Source: Methanotrichaceae archaeon
GTDB taxonomy: Archaea > Halobacteriota > Methanosarcinia > Methanotrichales > Methanotrichaceae
Direction: 5' to 3'
Assembly: GCA_963803145.1 (NCBI GenBank)
Contig: CAWDLW010000008.1
Span: forward strand, 448,001 to 512,000
DNA: 64,000 nt
Shown here: positions 22,123 to 33,686 of the stretch, piece after piece
How positions within the stretch are numbered: position 1 is the stretch's first letter
Layout of the letters: each line of letters begins with the position of its first letter
Translations under genes and position numbers: made by a program
The notes under the pieces: model-generated
Databases searched by the model: none
Seen by the model: only the letters and a program-made list of their open reading frames with translations
Told to the model about the DNA's origin: nothing

Positions 22123-23454
22123 TTATATAACGTATCCACCAAATGTTAGGTTTGATGCATGTTGACAAGATATTAAAATGGGTTGGTCTCCATTAAATAC
22201 ATGAATATCGAATTTGGAATTACGGATAGAGCTCGTTTTATTCCCAAAGCGCGCACAAACTTTATCTTTATGGTTGCCTTTTTGATCGATGATGTATAAT
22301 CCTTCAGCAGTTATATTGCTATTAGCTCCTTGCATTATAATACTTTCCAACTTAGAGTTTTTTGAAGTAAAATTATCCAAGAATACGTTGCCAACCTCAC
22401 CTTGAAATAGTAAAGAATGGTCACTATTATTATCAGTGCAATTGTATATAAAAGTGGGACTAGCTCTATTGTTTACTATTCTATATCCTAAGTTATTGTT
22501 AGATGATGCGCAATCAACTAATTTCATACCTGATGAAACTAAAAAGCCAGATCCATAAACAGGATTTGCTTTAATGCGTCCGTTATTCGTACTTCTACAA
22601 TTTATCATAATAATATTTTTTTTGATTGCCCCATCTTCAATATGGAAACCACTCTCCCAATTTTTATCTGCCTCACAATTTATTAAGCTAATATTTTCAA
22701 CATTGCAGTTCTCGGCTATATCGAACCCAGTAACCCAATTATTACTTCTATTTTTTATACCACATTGTATGGCAATACAGTTCACATATTCACTATTTTT
22801 TATTAGCGTCTTCCCACCATGGCCAGTGTTTAAAAATCCAAAGCTGTTGCTATCTTTGACTGAACAATTTATGAATCTAGTATCATTTATGACACCATCT
22901 GATGCAAATTGGCAGAAAGACCCTAATGAAGAGGCATGAATACCTGAAGTTAAGTTATCTAATAATACATTATTCGTACCCTTAGTAATTAAAACTGCAG
23001 ATCCCATATACCCAACAAAAGCTATATTTTTTAGGACCACGTTTGATTTTGAATTTATAATAACGCTTAAGTTTCGAAATATTGTATAGTTTTTGGCTCC
23101 CTCTATAGTGGTATTATTAGGCAAACTTAAATACTCAGATTTTTTTACGGAATATACCCCTTTTCCTAAAATTAATTTTCCGCCTCCGAGTGAGTCTGAA
23201 TAATTAAGAGCACTTTGAATCACGGCAAAGACATCATTATACATATTACCTTGTGCGATTACTTTGCCATTATTTTCTGCTAGGATAACGCTGTCATTAA
23301 TAACAATATTAATATTATCTCTGTTAGGCAATTCAAATGCAGATACATTTCTGATGATTTTAACATGAGCCAGATCAGCTCTATAGGTTTCTTGACCGTT
23401 TGCCATTGATATAAAAAATATAATGGCTAACCATAAAATGAATTTACTGAACAT
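22123..23454 (-). CDS. Secreted right-handed parallel beta-helix (pectate-lyase-like) protein
   Basis: Signal peptide; IQSALN...GGGKLILGKGVY; repeated (I/V)xNC...N units. Confidence 0.75.
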   Translation of the reverse strand: MFSKFILWLAIIFFISMANGQETYRADLAHVKIIRNVSAFELPNRDNINIVINDSVILAENNGKVIAQGNMYNDVFAVIQSALNYSDSLGGGKLILGKGVYSVKKSEYLSLPNNTTIEGAKNYTIFRNLSVIINSKSNVVLKNIAFVGYMGSAVLITKGTNNVLLDNLTSGIHASSLGSFCQFASDGVINDTRFINCSVKDSNSFGFLNTGHGGKTLIKNSEYVNCIAIQCGIKNRSNNWVTGFDIAENCNVENISLINCEADKNWESGFHIEDGAIKKNIIMINCRSTNNGRIKANPVYGSGFLVSSGMKLVDCASSNNNLGYRIVNNRASPTFIYNCTDNNSDHSLLFQGEVGNVFLDNFTSKNSKLESIIMQGANSNITAEGLYIIDQKGNHKDKVCARFGNKTSSIRNSKFDIHVFNGDQPILISCQHASNLTFGGYVI

Positions 23455-23715
23455 TATTCTATCTACCTATTACATATAATAATATAAGCTTTTTACATTT
23501 TTGGATAATCAAACGACAGCAGTGCAGTAGCGCAAAAAGCATGAAAGATAGCACTATATAAAGACAAAACTCGATAATTGATCAATTATTATTCACAATA
23601 CTTGCACTTTGTTACCAATGTAAGCATCTTGATGTTATGATAAAATAACTATCCAAGGCAAACGGAGGCGGCACACCCCACTGCAAGCTGCGGGGTATTC
23701 GTTAAAAATAAATCT

Positions 23716-26410
23716 TACCCCTCTTCGTGACCTACCAGGAAGGTATAGCCTTTTTTCCGATATTTAGAGAATTCGCTAAAGAAACTAACTTTGTAGCTAA
23801 GAAAACTATTGGGACAACCTTTTTTTCGACACTAGGCTGTGTATATTGATGTATTTTGTTCAATCCTAATGTATTTTTAGCTATATTGAAGAAAACTTCT
23901 ATTTCAAGCCTATAATACTTAAAACTCTTCCATTGATAGATTAAATTCTTAAATTCGTTAACAATATGAATCCATTTTTCTAATTTATATTTATTGTGAG
24001 AAAATGGTATGTGTTTAGCCCCTATAGTATCATCCTTATGGATTTAGACCCTTTTAGCCATGACCTTATATAATATGCCTATAATATTCTGCTAGCTGGC
24101 ATATGGATAAAGACGAGATCATCAGGCAACCCCAAGAGCCAAATGACCTATTAAGACGCGAGAATGAATTTCTCAAAAGGCGCATAGAGGAACTTGAAGC
24201 TCGATTAGCTGATCTAGAAGCCCGATTGGCTAAGTATGAGAATGCTCATACTCCGCCGAGTCTGAGACGTGGCGGCAATCGAAGAAATGATCAGAATGAA
24301 ACGGGAAAGCCTGGTCAGAAGAAAGGACATAAGGGTCTGACAAGGCCAATAGCCAAGCCTGACAAGCAAGTGCAAGTCACAAGAGATCGATGTCCTGATT
24401 GCGGTATGAAGCTTGGTGATCCGTTCAGAATAGAATCGAAGATTATCGAGGAAATTCCCGAACCACAACCAGTTACAGTTACCGAGTACAAAATCTGCCA
24501 TTACATATGCCCTCACTGCCTGAAAGAGGTTGTTGGAACCGATTCTGGTTGCCCAAGCGAAGGCATGTTCGGTAACAATACAATTGCACAGGCGACGTTA
24601 CTGAAATACAAGGACAGGTTGCCTCATAGGAAAATCAGAGATGCACTGAAGCGACTGTATGGTCTGGATATAAGCCCTGCAACGATACTTGACTTAACTC
24701 GCCGTGCTGCAGATGCCGTTGCACTGGAATACAATACTATTTTGGAAAGAATTCGAGCTGCACAGGTTCTTTACGTAGATGAGACATCAATTGATGTTCA
24801 GGGTAAGACTCACTGGCTATGGGTATTTGCAACTCTGGCTGAAACTTTTGTCGTGATTCGCAAGAGCCGGGGCATGAAGGTCCTGGTAGAGGTTTTGACG
24901 AGAAAGTTCAAGGGAACCATCGTTTGTGATGGTTGGAAACCTTATGTACGTTTCTCAAAGCACTTACAGAGATGCTGGGCTCACTTACTTCGAGAATCAA
25001 AAGATCTAGCAGAGAAGATTCCGGAGGCGGTTCCATTACATGGAGCACTCAGAAAGATCTATGATCTACTAATCGATGCTCTAAAGAACGATCCTCCGCC
25101 AGAAGTCCGAAGAGTGCTATGGTATCTGGCAAGAGCTACGCTCAAGCAGCTGGTTAATGGCAAATATGCCAGCGAGAAAGTCAGAAAGCTTATTGGCAAA
25201 ATTAGCAATGGCTTTGAGTACTGGTTCACTTTTATCATTCAGCCAGGTGTAGAGCCAACCAATAACAGAGCTGAAAGAGCGCTCCGTGAACATGTTGTAC
25301 AGAGGAAGATCATAGGAACTTTGCGCAATAGCAAAGGAACGACTATTCATGAAAGGCTCATGACTGTGATCGCAACATGGTCACAACAGGGACTCGATAG
25401 TCTACAGATGCTAAGGCTAAAATTGTGTAGCTAAACACATACAGAAAATGCATCTAAAGGCGGATTAAGTTCGTAAATTATTTGATCTAAATCGGTGTTA
25501 TTCCTTGGATAAATAATCGGAATCAAGTAAAATTGATTGATTAACGCATGATAATTCTTTTTTGACGTAAAGCCTTTATCACAGATGATTAAATCGCCTG
25601 AATGTATTTTTCTTGAATTGAAAAGCCTTTCTACAAAAGGAATAAGTATTTTTGAATCATTAGGACAATCTTTATGAATTTCAAATCCAATAAGATTATC
25701 ATCAAGATCTATAGCCAAAATTAACTTAAATCCTACGAAATAGCCTATGGAAGGGTAATAAGACCATTTATATTTTTTATTCTTCTTACCTATTTTATCC
25801 TTGTTTCTCCAAATATTAAGGTCAATTACGATTGGAGAGGTATCAATAATTATAGTTCTTTGCTTTTTATCTCTTTTACGGCGTTCAGACTGGAATGTTT
25901 TGCTAAAAAAATGGAACAATGAGTCATAACTTAAATCAAACATAGATTTATAGACTTTTTGCGCATTTATCGTTGAATCAATATCCAATAGCTTTTGTAA
26001 CTCTAAATTCATATTTATTTCTGAAATTATAGAGGAAATATCTCTTTCAAACAAGCTTGATAGGACTATAATTTTTATTGCTAATACGAAATTATCTATA
26101 TCATATATTTTTAACTTGGATGCAATTTTCTTAGATCGCTGAGATCCGATAATTTCAAGTATTTTGAGCACTATTATCCATTTTGGGTGCTTATAATTAG
26201 GAATCAGAGGAGATAACATCAATAATACCTTCCTTTGGTGGTGCAACCTAGTTATAAGCGCCCAAATTACTTAAAATTAACTATTGAAAGTTTAATTCCA
26301 GATCAAATCAAGACCCATAATTTGTTTTCTAATCGAAGTTAAAATTTCTAAGTAAATTTAAATTAAATTGATAGAATTAGTTTGTTTTAAAGAGAGTTTG
26401 AAGAGGGGTA
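23716..26410 (-). mobile_element. IS4/IS5-superfamily (DDE) element interrupted by IS66
   Basis: TIR TACCCCTCTTC / GAAGAGGGGTA; flanking direct repeat AAATAAATCT at 23706-23715 and 26411-26420; transposase 26246->25443 (IIIDTS, GFKL, DKGF) appears to continue below 24006. Confidence 0.85.
24007..25442 (+). mobile_element. IS66-family element, single ORF (transposase 24103-25434)
   Basis: TIR GTATGTGTTTAGC; 8-bp TSD AGAAAATG; zinc ribbon, VDET, QRCWAHLLR and PTNNRAERALR motifs. Confidence 0.93.
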
Positions 26411-26521
26411 AAATAAATCTCTCAGGCATACCTCGAAATGTTTTATACAGCGACCTTTTTGGAATGCCCATAAGGAAATCGGTATGCACTTGAGATAAAC
26501 AAAACTTTTATTAATTTTGCG

Positions 26522-27952
26522 GTATGTGTTTAGCTACCCAGCTTTAGCATCTGTAGACTGTCGAGTCCCTGTAGTGACCATGTAGCAAGCACAGTCATGA
26601 GCCTTTCATGGATAGCTATTCCCTTGCTATTGTGCAAAGTCCCTATGATCTTCATCAGGACAACATGTTCACGGAGCGCCCTTTCGCTCTGTTGCTGGTA
26701 AGGCTCTACACCAGGCTGAATGACAAAAGTGAACCAGTACTCGAAGCCGTTGCTAATTTTGCCAATAAGCTTTCTGACCTTTTCGCTGGCGTACTCTCCA
26801 TTAACCAGTTGATTAAGCATAGCTCTAGCCAAATACCACAGCACTCTTCGGACTTCTGGCGGAGGATCGTTTTCCAGAGCACCATTGAGTAGATCATTGA
26901 TTTTCCTGAGTGCCTCATGTGATGGAACCTCCTCAGGAACATTCTCTGCTAGATCCTTGGATTCTCTAAGTAGATGTGCCCAACACCTCTGTATATGCTT
27001 TGTGAATTTAGCATATGGCTTCCAACCATCGCAGACAATAGTTCCCTTGAATCGCCTTGTCAAAACCTCTAACAGGACTTTAATTCCCCGGCTCTTGCGG
27101 ATCACTACAAAAGTCTCAACTGGAGTTGTGAATATCCAGATCCAGTGAGTCTTACCTTGAACTTCGATTGAAGTTTCATCCACATAAAGAACCTGAGCAT
27201 TGCGAATTCTGTTAAGGATGACATCATACTCAGATGCAACGGCATTAGCTGCACGACGAGTTATATTGAGGATTGTAGCAGGGCTTATGACCAACCCATA
27301 TATTCGCTTAAGCGCATCTTGAATCTTCCTGTGGGGTAACCGATCTCCATATTTCAATAGAGCTACCTGTGCAATTGTGTTGTTACCAAATATGCCTCCG
27401 CTTGGGCAACCAGGATCGGTTCCAACTACCTCTTTCCGGCAGGAAGGGCATATGTAATGGCAGATTTTGTACTCGGTGACTGTAATTGGTTGTGGCTCAG
27501 GGATTTCCTCGATAATCTTCGATTCTATTCTGAATGGACTGCCGAGTTTTGTCCCACAATCAGGACGTCGATCTCTTGTGACATTAACTTGATTATCAGG
27601 CTTGGCTATTGGCCTTACCAGGCCCTTATGCCCTTGCTTCTGACCGGGCTTTCCCTTTTCGTTCTGATCATTTTTGCAGTTGCCGCCACGTCTTAGACTC
27701 GGTGGAGTATGAGCATTCTCATACTTGGGCAATCGGGCTTCTAGATCAGCCAATCGAGCTTCAAGTTCCTCTATGCGTCCTTTGAGAAATTCATTCTCGC
27801 GTCTTAATAGATCATTTGACTCTTGGAGCTGCCTAATGATCTCGTCTTTATCCATACTCCAGCTAGCAGAATATCATAGGCATATTATATAAGGTCATGG
27901 CTAAAACGGATTTAAATCTATAAGGATGGTACTATAGGGGCTAAACACATAC
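26522..27952 (-). mobile_element. IS66-family element, second copy in inverted orientation (transposase 26530-27855)
   Basis: Same TIRs; close paralog of 24103-25434; PTNNRAER is altered to PYQQQSER; no TSD. Confidence 0.9.
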
Positions 27953-27953
27953 C

Positions 27954-28406
27954 GTGAAACCATGAACGAGTAAAATCAACTGCCGTTATACAACGTATCC
28001 ACCAAATGTTAGGTTCGATGCATGTTAACAAGATATTAAAATGGGTGGTCTCCATTATATAAATATATGAAAATCGAATTTGGAATTACGGATAGAACTC
28101 GTTTTATTGCCAAAGCGCGCACAAACTTTATCTATATGGTTGCCTTTTTGATCGATGATGTATAATCCTTCAGCAGATATATTGCTATTATCTTCTTGCA
28201 TTATAATACTTTCCAACCTAAACTCCCCACAAATTAGGCACATACCATCGCAGCATAACGATTCTTTATACCCAATAGGCATAATGCCAATTTATGCAAA
28301 GCAGCATTCCTTGGCCAATTTTTCTGGTGACTATGCCTAAACCATGGGGAACTTAGGTTCCAACTTAGAGTTTTTTGAAGTAAAATTATCCAAGATCACG
28401 TTGCCA
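27954..28406 (-). pseudogene. Duplicated 3' fragment of the beta-helix gene
   Basis: Near-identical to about 22091-22393; interrupted by a MITE. Confidence 0.85.
28217..28357. mobile_element. 141-bp MITE
   Basis: Imperfect TIR CCTAAACTCCCCA / TGGGGAACTTAGG; 6-bp TSD TTCCAA; empty site present in the paralog near 22345. Confidence 0.85.
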
Positions 28407-28449
28407 CTGCCATAATCTATAAAATCAACCTTAACTTTAAGACTGCAAT

Positions 28450-29595
28450 CTATTGAATTTTAGGCCTGAGTTTAGGGATAAGATAGTATGCTATTCGATT
28501 CGCGATAATCCTATTGCCATCTTCTGATGTGTGGACGGCATCCATATATATGGTAGCATTAGTACCATCGAAGACGTCACCAATATAATAAATATTAGTA
28601 GCGTTCGATAAAGTGATCTTCGAACGAATATAATTATACCTAATATTGAAAAAATTTGCATATTCAGCATCTATTGATCTGAGCGTTTCTTTTTCATTTG
28701 CTGAAATATATTTTTTTGTAAATAAAACTGGTTGCAAGAAGAAATAAGTTTTGAATCCATATGCTTTTCCTAAATCTTGTATAATTCTAATATTACCAAA
28801 ATATTCTTTAGAAATTTCTTCGGATTTAATTTTCGATCCCGGCCCATCTGGAACCATAGCGCTAAAATCTACACCAAAGAATTTTTTTAATCCCCCTTTA
28901 ATTAATTTAATTGTATAACTATTCTGATAGCAATAATTAATTATAAACTGCATTGGATTATTCATATAGTTGAATTCTGCCTTCCGCTCATTTAAATCCC
29001 AAGGACCACCAATAGTTCCATCATAAAAAGCACAGCGAATATCGTTATACCCATCGTAAAATATTACGATATCTGGTGCATCTCCATTTCTTAGTTCCAA
29101 AAGTAACCTTGCTAATTCTTGAGTACTAGTATATCCTTCCACACCAAAATTGATAATTTTCGCTGGATATCCCTTGGCATATAAATTCTTAGATAAATAA
29201 GAAGCAATTGTATAATTATCTTTAGATCCATAGCCCCACATAGTCGACCCGCCAAAACAAAAAATGTTCGTAGAACTTTTATTAAAAATTCTTGGACTAT
29301 TCCAGGTCGTTCTTCGAAAATTTTTGTCTGTATTTACATATTGCCCACTAAAATTTAAAGGTGGCAAATAATCTACGTATGGCGAATATACGGACTGCGA
29401 GGTGCAATTATAGTACTCGTTCCAATAGCTGTTATTTTGAAATTGATATTTGGATTCATTACTACTTAGATTTAAATATTGATAAACCGTTATAATTGAA
29501 TACGATGCTCCTTCCAAAATAACTAACATAGCCATGCTTATTATTAAAACAATTAATATTTTGTCTAAAGCTTTTATCGAATTGCCAACCTTCAT
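28450..29595 (-). CDS. Membrane-anchored SGNH/GDSL hydrolase (SxtL-like)
   Basis: N-terminal TM; FGGSTMWG, NFG, DGYND and DAVH blocks. Confidence 0.85.
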   Translation of the reverse strand: MKVGNSIKALDKILIVLIISMAMLVILEGASYSIITVYQYLNLSSNESKYQFQNNSYWNEYYNCTSQSVYSPYVDYLPPLNFSGQYVNTDKNFRRTTWNSPRIFNKSSTNIFCFGGSTMWGYGSKDNYTIASYLSKNLYAKGYPAKIINFGVEGYTSTQELARLLLELRNGDAPDIVIFYDGYNDIRCAFYDGTIGGPWDLNERKAEFNYMNNPMQFIINYCYQNSYTIKLIKGGLKKFFGVDFSAMVPDGPGSKIKSEEISKEYFGNIRIIQDLGKAYGFKTYFFLQPVLFTKKYISANEKETLRSIDAEYANFFNIRYNYIRSKITLSNATNIYYIGDVFDGTNATIYMDAVHTSEDGNRIIANRIAYYLIPKLRPKIQ

Positions 29596-31307
29596 CTAAT
29601 GTTCCTCTTCACTACGAAGTTAGCAATAATAAGCTCATCAATTTGGCATTTCATAAATGATTCATAAGCATCTTTGGGCGAATTAACAATAGGTTCGCCT
29701 CCTAAATTAAATGATGTATTAAGGAAACATCCTATTCCTGTTCGTTCTTTGAAATTTTCTAACAATCTGTAATAAGAAGGACTTAATTCTTTTTTTACTA
29801 CTTGAGGCCTTGCCGAACCATCGACATGAGTTATCGCAGGCAGAATATCATCCGCTTTAGTCTTTTCTGTAACTGGACATACATAAAGCATAAACCGAGA
29901 TGGATAATGATCTTTTGGCAAATCAAAAAACCGATCAGCATCTTCATACATAACAGATGGAGCAAATGGTCTAAAGCTTTCCCTAAATTTCACCCTCAAA
30001 TTAACTGTTTTCAGCATCTCTTTTCTTCGCGCATCTGCCAAGATGCTTCTATTTCCCAAAGCCCTTGGCCCCCATTCCGCAGATCCCTGGAACCAACCAA
30101 ATATCTTGCCTCTGTCTAATCCTTCAGCTACATAGCTTGAAACCTCATTTTCAGAATATTCCTCATAATTGATATTATTGCTATCTAAAAAACTTTTAAC
30201 CATATTTCTAGTAAAACTCGAACCGTAATATGCATGTTCCATTATATATTTTTTCTTATTATTCAATAATGAATAATACACATAAAGTGCAGCACCTAAT
30301 GCACCTCCCGCATCTCCGGCAGCCGGTTGAACAAAAAGGTTTTTTATTGGCGTATTTTTTAATATTTTATAGTTAGCCACACTATTTAACCCAACACCAC
30401 CCGCAATACAAAGATCTGTAAACCCTGTCTCGTTGCAAAGTCGATTTACCTGCTTGATAAGAATATCTTCGGTCAATTTTTGAATGCTTGCCGCAATATC
30501 TGCGTGTCTTTGGTCGAATATGTGTCCCATTTTTGTGTCTCTGGGCTTGCCAAATACTTGCAGAAATTTATCGCTATAAGGAAAATTCGTCGATCTATAA
30601 AAATCAAAATAATCCAGATTCAACCTGAAACTTCCATCATCTTTAATATCGAGAAGCGAATTTACTTCGTTTAAATATCTCGGTGTTCCATATGGAGCAA
30701 GCCCCATTAATTTATACTCTCCATCGTTTACTTTAAAGCCTAAATATCCTGTAAATACGCTATAAAGCAAACCCAAACTATGAGGAAAACGTAACTCGTG
30801 TGTTAATACAATTTCGGATCCTTTACCGAAACCCATTGCAGTAGTTGTCCACTCACCCACACCATCAACTGTTAGGATCGCGGCCTCATCAAATGGAGAG
30901 CATAAGAAGGAGGATGCCGCATGAGAAATGTGATGAGGGATAAATAGTATTTTATCTTCGCTTATATCCAATTTTTCAGATATATGCGTTCTCACCCAGA
31001 AATTCTTTTTGATCCAAGATAGATTCCCTTCACTAAAAACCCTAGATGTGTAAGGGAAAAATGAAAGCGCAGAAATAATGAATCGCTCAAACTTAAGAAA
31101 AGGCTTTTCATAAAATACAACATAGTCTAGATCACTTCCTTCTATTTTCCTTTGATTCAAAACAAAATTAATGGCATTCCCCGGAAAGCTTGGGTCATGC
31201 TTAACCCTTGTAAATCGCTCTTCTTGCGCCATTGCAATAGGAATGCCATCTTCAACTAATGCTGCCGCAGAATCGTGATAGTAGCAAGAAATTCCCAGGA
31301 TTTTCAT
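29592..31307 (-). CDS. O-carbamoyltransferase (NodU/CmcH/SxtI family)
   Basis: HDSAAA, QEERFTRVKH, HHISHAAS, GPRALGNRS, FRPFAPS and LNTSFN motifs. Confidence 0.95.
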   Translation of the reverse strand: MKILGISCYYHDSAAALVEDGIPIAMAQEERFTRVKHDPSFPGNAINFVLNQRKIEGSDLDYVVFYEKPFLKFERFIISALSFFPYTSRVFSEGNLSWIKKNFWVRTHISEKLDISEDKILFIPHHISHAASSFLCSPFDEAAILTVDGVGEWTTTAMGFGKGSEIVLTHELRFPHSLGLLYSVFTGYLGFKVNDGEYKLMGLAPYGTPRYLNEVNSLLDIKDDGSFRLNLDYFDFYRSTNFPYSDKFLQVFGKPRDTKMGHIFDQRHADIAASIQKLTEDILIKQVNRLCNETGFTDLCIAGGVGLNSVANYKILKNTPIKNLFVQPAAGDAGGALGAALYVYYSLLNNKKKYIMEHAYYGSSFTRNMVKSFLDSNNINYEEYSENEVSSYVAEGLDRGKIFGWFQGSAEWGPRALGNRSILADARRKEMLKTVNLRVKFRESFRPFAPSVMYEDADRFFDLPKDHYPSRFMLYVCPVTEKTKADDILPAITHVDGSARPQVVKKELSPSYYRLLENFKERTGIGCFLNTSFNLGGEPIVNSPKDAYESFMKCQIDELIIANFVVKRNIR

Positions 31308-31534
31308 TACATCTCCTTTGCTTCATTAATTTCTTTAATACATAATGCAGAAACATCTTTGTAAAAGTAGGAACCTTTGTTATCGCATTTCCCTGCTTTT
31401 TCGTATCTATAGGATAAAATTATACCCGGAATACTAAATATCGTATAATAAAATATTGTGAGAAGCATCCCCCCAAATATACCTGCTAACAACTCACCAA
31501 AGTTTATCCATTTTTCCCATAGATATCGAAGCAT
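31307..31534 (-). CDS. SxtJ-like small membrane protein
   Basis: W..FG.LL......LLTIFYY.IF..PG pattern; coupled to the carbamoyltransferase. Confidence 0.7.
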   Translation of the reverse strand: MLRYLWEKWINFGELLAGIFGGMLLTIFYYTIFSIPGIILSYRYEKAGKCDNKGSYFYKDVSALCIKEINEAKEM

Positions 31535-31543
31535 ATTCTTACC

Positions 31544-31723
31544 CTATATAAAAGGATATATCAAAGGGCCTAGCCCAGTCGATCCTGCAAAAATAATTAT
31601 CACGGCAAATATAAATATAACTAACATCAATGGTATAAGCCAATACAATTTGCGCCTCCAAAGAAATCTAAAAAACGATCCTGTGATCAAACTCCTAGAG
31701 TAAATACTTTTGCTTGATGACAT
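31544..31723 (-). CDS. SxtK/DUF5989-like 59-aa membrane peptide (not in the ORF track)
   Basis: Manual translation MSSSKSIYSRSLITGSFFRFLWRRKLYWLIPLMLVIFIFAVIIIFAGSTGLGPLIYPFI. Confidence 0.75.
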   Translation of the reverse strand: MSSSKSIYSRSLITGSFFRFLWRRKLYWLIPLMLVIFIFAVIIIFAGSTGLGPLIYPFI

Positions 31724-31822
31724 ACATTCTTGGATAATTGATTCATGTATTTAAGATTATTGACATAGCTGTGTAGATGTAGAGTCCCGAAAGTCTTGCA
31801 TTTGAGCCTATCCTAAAACTCT

Positions 31823-32007
31823 TCAAATCATCAAAATACAAGACAAAGTAACAAGACCTAAGTACGAGCCCTCCAACCGCTCGTATCTTGGAAGAATCTT
31901 CTTGGTAGCCTCTATCCAGTTAAAAAATCTTTGCACAGCACTTCTCCTTCTATAGATATCTTTGTGAGGCTTGCGGGAAGAAGTATCGCCTGACACTTCT
32001 TGATTCA
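31823..32007 (-). pseudogene. IS5-family transposase C-terminal fragment
   Basis: YRRRSAVQRFFNWI...RYERL...YLG. Confidence 0.7.
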
Positions 32008-32793
32008 GTGACAAGGCAAGTAATTGCGGAGGATCTTTTCGATTCGAAAGATGCCGACACCATCGAAAGTTTCCTCAGACGAAACCTCGATATTCATAAG
32101 CCGATATTTATTGTCACAGACCTATACAGGAGATATAGTGATATCTTTAAGAAAGTCTTCGGCAATAAAGTGATCCACCAGTTATGCTTGCTCCACTTGA
32201 ATAAGCTCATAGTTAACGATTTTCCTCGGAAAACAAGTATCAGACAGGAACTGGTTAAATACAGCTTACTTAATATTTTTTATAATCGTGAGCTTGAGAT
32301 TGAGTTTCTTTCCTGCTTAATCGAAGAAGAGAAAGCCATGAGACAGAAGAGCGGCAAGGAGTATAAAGCCTGGATTAAGGAGGCGAAGCATGCATTTCAG
32401 GACTTCGTTCACAATTTGGAATTGAAACGCAGAAGAGAAGATGGAAAATTGGAGCAGAGAAGTTATCATGATGCTTTAAATAATTTCAAATGCTTGATGA
32501 AGGAATTCGACTCCTTCGAGATGACTGTAAGAAAGAGACTATTGAAAATCGAGGAGCACTGGCCAAATCTTACAGCGTTCTACTTTGTCGATAACGCTCC
32601 AGCTACAAACAATCCCATAGAAAATTATTATTCAACGAGCCTCAAGACTCATAGAAAGAAGCAATTAGAGGAGCCAGGAATTGAAGACCTGATGAAACTC
32701 TCAGCATTGAAAAGGTCTGGATTTTTTGGAAGACCTGAAAGAACGTTACTCGAAGCATTCTTTATGTTCATTCCTTTTCTAGATACTGGTTAA
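32008..32793 (+). pseudogene. Transposase fragment (ISNCY/DDE-like), N-terminally truncated
   Basis: IVTD...Y, HQLCLLHL and PATNNPIENYYS motifs. Confidence 0.75.
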
Positions 32794-32971
32794 GTGGCGC
32801 ATGGCCTATCAACCTAAATTAAAAACACTAGCCTTAGCCATTATCATTTAATAGAATGACTGTACTCTCCAACTTTTTCATAGCTTTATATTTATAGTTA
32901 TATTTTCTTTTACCATTAAAATTAATTCTTGATACAAAATAGATTTATTTATAAAAGTATTTTACTATGTC

Positions 32972-33304
32972 ATGATCAAATTAGTTAAGATTCCATTACA
33001 GTTAGAGCCATTTCTAAAAGAATTTAAAGATTTATTCACCATACCGAGCTATAATTCTTTCTGTGATATGATTTCAGCACTGAGCGTATGTGATAAATCT
33101 AAGACCATCGCACACCTTAGTGATGCTATGGCAAAGGATCGAGAAGGTACGAAATCACGCTCTTCCTATAATTGGTTCTTTAGTGATGCAATCTGGGATG
33201 AGAACGAAGTAGCTCAGCGCAGTGCGGATCTATTTATAGAAGCTCTTCAGTTAAGTGCAAGGGACAAAATATTATTAATTATAGACGATACATATTTTCT
33301 TTAA
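32972..33304 (+). pseudogene. IS701-like transposase N-terminal fragment
   Basis: F..LF..P, WFFS.A.WDE; ends just after LLIIDDT. Confidence 0.7.
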
Positions 33305-33686
33305 TTGATTAACAAGGAATCTCTGGAAAGCGAAAGCAAAGGTCTGATTATTCAGATCAAAAGATCTGGATTAGGAAAATTAGATGATTTTCTAGATTTC
33401 GAAAACCGTTCGGAGTGCGACAAGAAGCATGCCCCACCCTAAAGGGTGGGATTCTTGATTATAGGAAAGTCTTAAAATTTAAAACGTTTGTTACAGAGCA
33501 CTAATATTGTTTATGACATCATCAGATGCAAATTGGCGGAAGGATCCTAATGAAGAAGCATATATGGCTGATAACCCTCTCAGGTATACCTCAAGAGGTC
33601 CTTTGCGGAGAACCTATTGGAACGTACACCTTAGAGATTGGACATACACTTAAGACATATAAAATTTGTCAATTTTGGGGTTTTGT

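Noticed and set aside
24007-27952. Composite transposon formed by the two inverted IS66 copies
   Set aside because: Copy 1 has its own TSD and the outer flanks do not match, so these are independent insertions.
28450-31723. Saxitoxin biosynthesis
   Set aside because: No core sxtA/G/B-type genes are present, and the context is surface glycan synthesis.
33425-33460. Hairpin CCCACCCTAAAGGGTGGG (similar ones near 23675 and 55470) as terminators
   Set aside because: They resemble isolated IS200/IS605 end hairpins, and they are too short to assign with confidence.
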